Shown one piece after another: positions 34,997-36,444 of a stretch of DNA of 36,444 nt (position 1 is the stretch's first letter; each line of letters opens with the position of its first letter). Source of the DNA: Paracoccaceae bacterium (GTDB lineage: Bacteria; Pseudomonadota; Alphaproteobacteria; Rhodobacterales; Rhodobacteraceae). The DNA lies in NCBI GenBank assembly GCA_002401045.1, contig NVSA01000001.1, positions 32,216-68,659 on the forward strand, given 5' to 3'. Both the position numbers and the translations under genes were made by a program. Under the pieces are notes generated by a model, which searched no databases, was not told the DNA's origin, and saw only the letters and a program-made list of their open reading frames with translations.

Positions 34997-36112
34997 TTAA
35001 CGCTTTTTACTGGCTTCTAACGCTGCGATTTTTTGTGCACGCTTTTTGCTGCGTCGCGCCTCTATTTTCTTTTGTAAATTTGATGCGCGAAGCTCTATTT
35101 TAGGATCAAAGAATAAAAGCGTTGATCGAACGATTGTTTCAGGAATGCTGCCTCGACAACCAGCCTCTGGCCAGAATGACCGTTCCGAACGAATTAAGCG
35201 TAAGTTTGTTTCCGCTCGGTTCTCTGGTTCAAGCGCCATCAATTGTTTCGCAAGTGAGGCAAATTTTTTCATAATATTAAAATCAGAAAACAAAACCCTG
35301 CGCGCCTCGGCAATGCTATCTTTATTCTTTTCCCAAGTGTTATTCTTTACAGCGGCCATCATCTGATTGATTACCTGATCAGGATTATCAATGTTAATAT
35401 ATTCAAATGCTTTGGCTGGTATATCATCTTCTAAGTTTTCACAGCCGTGATAAAACGGATATGTCCAGCACAACAGTGGATCTGTCAACTTTTCAGTCCA
35501 CGTATGATCCCCCCCGCCATTCTCAAGCGAAATATGATATTTATGATCTAAAAGGGCATCTTTTTTATCATCAATGGATTTAAAACCACGGCCATAAAGC
35601 TCAATATGATCAGGGATTTTTTCTTTCACAAAATCTAAAAAGGTAAGACGCTTATTATGAAATTCCGTATGTGACTTATTGCTCGTAACAATCGAGATTT
35701 TATCGTTCTTTACGGGGCACTCAAGGTTTTCAAAGTAAGTCAGGTTTAAAGGATGATCCATATCGGTGAAATTAATACCGACAAAAGGCATTGAACAGTA
35801 ATTTTCTCGCAGCTTACGGGTTGTAAGGCGTTTATCACTTGTCGTGAGGACAATCCCAAATTGGTTCAGAAAACGTGTACTAAACGGATGGATAACATCA
35901 GGCTCTCCTGCAAAAAACGCAGTACGACATTGTGGCAGCGGTGTTTGAATTGAATAGGACGCACGCGTGTAGACAATCAACACATCAATGTCATTTGGAA
36001 CATCCATACCAAATGAAAATAGAACACCCTCTATACAGCTTTCAAATTCGGGAATTTGTTTTAAAAACAAAACGGGTTCAATATTCGTAAAAATATGGGC
36101 GCGAATAGTCAT
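34997..36112 (-). CDS. Glycosyltransferase family 10 (alpha-1,3-fucosyltransferase-like)
   Basis: SIVTSNK, LYGRG and K..L..HKYHISLEN....WTEKL.D, followed by PFYHG; adjacent to gmd. The start could be 36124. Confidence 0.78.
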   Translation of the reverse strand: MTIRAHIFTNIEPVLFLKQIPEFESCIEGVLFSFGMDVPNDIDVLIVYTRASYSIQTPLPQCRTAFFAGEPDVIHPFSTRFLNQFGIVLTTSDKRLTTRKLRENYCSMPFVGINFTDMDHPLNLTYFENLECPVKNDKISIVTSNKSHTEFHNKRLTFLDFVKEKIPDHIELYGRGFKSIDDKKDALLDHKYHISLENGGGDHTWTEKLTDPLLCWTYPFYHGCENLEDDIPAKAFEYINIDNPDQVINQMMAAVKNNTWEKNKDSIAEARRVLFSDFNIMKKFASLAKQLMALEPENRAETNLRLIRSERSFWPEAGCRGSIPETIVRSTLLFFDPKIELRASNLQKKIEARRSKKRAQKIAALEASKKR

Positions 36113-36269
36113 AAGAGTGTCCAAATACCTATAGAATTAGCAGTTACAGCATTGCTTATAGACTATGGATTATTTTCAGGTAAGAGCGATTGTATTCGTA
36201 GCTAGTGGAAGTTATAATTTTATTACAGACTGCATACACTAAGCACGTTAAATAAATTTAAAAGGCTAG

Positions 36270-36444
<175 letters not shown>

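Overview
Chromosomal window from a fairly AT-rich alphaproteobacterium; the gene content looks Rhodobacteraceae/Roseobacter-like (inference). It has four blocks. (1) 1-1950: decayed mobile-type fragments, namely a metallophosphoesterase, an XRE-HTH fragment and a broken AbrB-type antitoxin/Doc toxin pair. (2) 1986-9277: an aromatic-associated module with a secreted esterase-fold protein whose catalytic Ser and His both appear replaced by Arg, a double-HTH LysR, a TRAP transporter, a frameshifted catechol 2,3-dioxygenase and a GntR; an IS30 follows. (3) 10426-29697: a roughly 17 kb co-oriented catabolic cluster plus its AraC and FadR regulators. It encodes an SDR, a periplasmic cupin, a Liv-type ABC importer, more SDRs, a hydrolase, a Baeyer-Villiger monooxygenase, a CalA-like dehydrogenase, a 116-bp remnant of an aldehyde dehydrogenase, an lva-like/ACAD10-11-like 4-oxo/4-hydroxy-acid module and a BktB-like thiolase. 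Three of its promoters share one motif, probably bound by the adjacent AraC. (4) 29738-36444: LPS genes (lpcC/lpsB-like, manC, waaA, an O-acetyltransferase, a GT25 broken by a 19-bp duplication, a GT10 and partial gmd). The best novelty candidates are the BVMO-to-4-phosphoacyl-CoA pathway with its regulon and the Arg/Arg pseudo-esterase. All family assignments come from motif recognition by eye; no searches were run.
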